Assembly: GCA_965223665.1 (NCBI GenBank)
Contig: OZ245011.1
Location: forward strand, 2,592,001 to 2,656,000
Direction of reading: 5' to 3'
Length of the DNA: 64,000 nt
Origin: Nitrospinaceae bacterium
GTDB lineage: Bacteria; Nitrospinota; Nitrospinia; Nitrospinales; Nitrospinaceae
In this document: in pieces, positions 62,815-64,000 of the stretch
Numbering within the stretch: position 1 is the first letter of the stretch
Layout: the number at the start of each line of letters is the position of its first letter
The notes under the pieces: model-generated
What the model saw: only the letters and a program-made list of their open reading frames with translations
Told to the model about the DNA's origin: nothing
Databases searched by the model: none
Made by a program: the position numbers and the translations under genes

Positions 62815-63705
62815 CTATCTCCTAAATGAAGAAACTATCCTGTCACATCCACTATAATCTTTAATTACCTGTGGTTTTTCAAAATTACTATTAAGCTCTA
62901 GTAAATGAGCAACCGTCTGACCTTGTTCATCTCCTACTTCAACAATTAAAGCTCCTCCTGGGCTAAGGAAATTAGGAGAATTTGAAATGATTTGGTAATA
63001 AAAATCCAATCCATTTTTCCCTCCATCTAAGGCCAATAACGGTTCCCAATCAGAAACATCTGGCATTAACTTTAAAATATTTTTTGATGGAATATATGGG
63101 GGATTCGTCAGAATAAAATCAAAGGAATCGTCATCAATAAATTCCCAATCACCCAGAATATCTCCGAGAATAAATTTAATTTGAGGAACATTGTGGTTGA
63201 AAGCATTTTGTTGGGCAACTTTTAATGCTTTTTTTGAGATATCAACTGCGAACACATTACTGTTAGGAATTTCTTTGGCAACTGTTATAGCGAGAATACC
63301 CGATCCAGTTCCCAAATCCAGAATCTTGAGGACCTTTGTTTTCTTTGTTTCATTGAGTATTTTAAAAAAATGCTCAATTAAAATCTCCGTTTCTGGGCGA
63401 GGAATAAGTACGGAAGGGTTTACTTCAAAATCCATGGACCAAAACTCTCTTTTTCCTAAAATATACGCCATAGGTTCCCTTGCTTTTCGGCGCTCTATCA
63501 AACTTTTTATATTTTCGAAGGCATCAATACTTATTTGACCCTCCTTTTGAAGCCAAAGTTTTTGTCGAGGAATTTTTAAAGTGTGAGCTAAAAGTAATTC
63601 TGATTCTAACTCTGGATTATCGACTCCATGTTTTGCAAGTTCTTGTCGACAAAATTTAAATACATTATTTAGAAAAACTGCATTTTTATCTAAAAATATA
63701 TCCAT
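62815..63705 (-). CDS. prmC: Release factor glutamine methyltransferase
   Basis: VLIPRPETE, LDLGTGSG, NPPYI, ALDGG; downstream of prfA. Confidence 0.95.
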   Translation of the reverse strand: MDIFLDKNAVFLNNVFKFCRQELAKHGVDNPELESELLLAHTLKIPRQKLWLQKEGQISIDAFENIKSLIERRKAREPMAYILGKREFWSMDFEVNPSVLIPRPETEILIEHFFKILNETKKTKVLKILDLGTGSGILAITVAKEIPNSNVFAVDISKKALKVAQQNAFNHNVPQIKFILGDILGDWEFIDDDSFDFILTNPPYIPSKNILKLMPDVSDWEPLLALDGGKNGLDFYYQIISNSPNFLSPGGALIVEVGDEQGQTVAHLLELNSNFEKPQVIKDYSGCDRIVSSFRR

Positions 63706-63723
63706 GATAAAAAAGGGTTGTAT

Positions 63724-64000
63724 TTAGTTGGAGCTCGCTTTTAACGACTCGGCTTGAAAATGCAATAAAAGTTTTTCGAGCAATTCATCCAGATCTCCCT
63801 CCAATACCGTGGTCAATTTGTGTAAAGTCAAGCCTATGCGATGATCTGTAATCCTTTCTTGCGGAAAATTGTAGGTTCGAATTCTTTCACTTCGGTCTCC
63901 ACTCCCAACTTGCTGTTTACGGTCTTTTGCCATAGCCTCTTGTTGTTTTCGCTGTTCTTCATCATAAAGCCTTGCTCGGAGAACTTTCATAGCTCGATCT
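63724..64000 (-). CDS. prfA: Peptide chain release factor 1, C-terminal part (runs off the right edge)
   Basis: [23 protein letters not shown]. Confidence 0.93.
   Translation of the reverse strand, partial: DRAMKVLRARLYDEEQRKQQEAMAKDRKQQVGSGDRSERIRTYNFPQERITDHRIGLTLHKLTTVLEGDLDELLEKLLLHFQAESLKASSN

Overview
AT-rich bacterial (diderm) chromosomal window; the gene families suggest a Nitrospina-like organism, but that is only my inference. Left third (1-20.2 kb) is an accessory region downstream of tRNA-Arg(TCT). It holds (i) two paralogous secreted proteins built almost entirely from one 36-aa Asn/Gly/Ser-rich repeat, facing a divergent cluster of FxLYD-like, CsgG/FlgO-like+DUF4384 and FlgT-like envelope proteins, a candidate undescribed functional-amyloid/fibre system; (ii) a GC-richer defence island: dcm-vsr convergent with a coupled operon of Z1 helicase, PD-(D/E)XK nuclease, GHKL ATPase, unknown and DUF6339-like genes, plus an AspBHI/MspJI-family 5mC-dependent nuclease and a UDG-fold protein; (iii) a degenerate tRNA-Lys 3' half that looks like an att relic. 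At 20.5-29.9 kb an mtrB-like porin and mtrA-like decaheme cytochrome lie in reversed order, split by a hybrid histidine kinase and a DUF4399 gene, preceded by a permease-FG-GAP/ASPIC fusion. The rest (30-64 kb) is mostly signalling and housekeeping genes (trmL, hflX, pcrA, htrA, hemEH, queG, clpC, alsT, waaF, murA, prmC, prfA). All family calls come from reading motifs by eye; no database searches were run.
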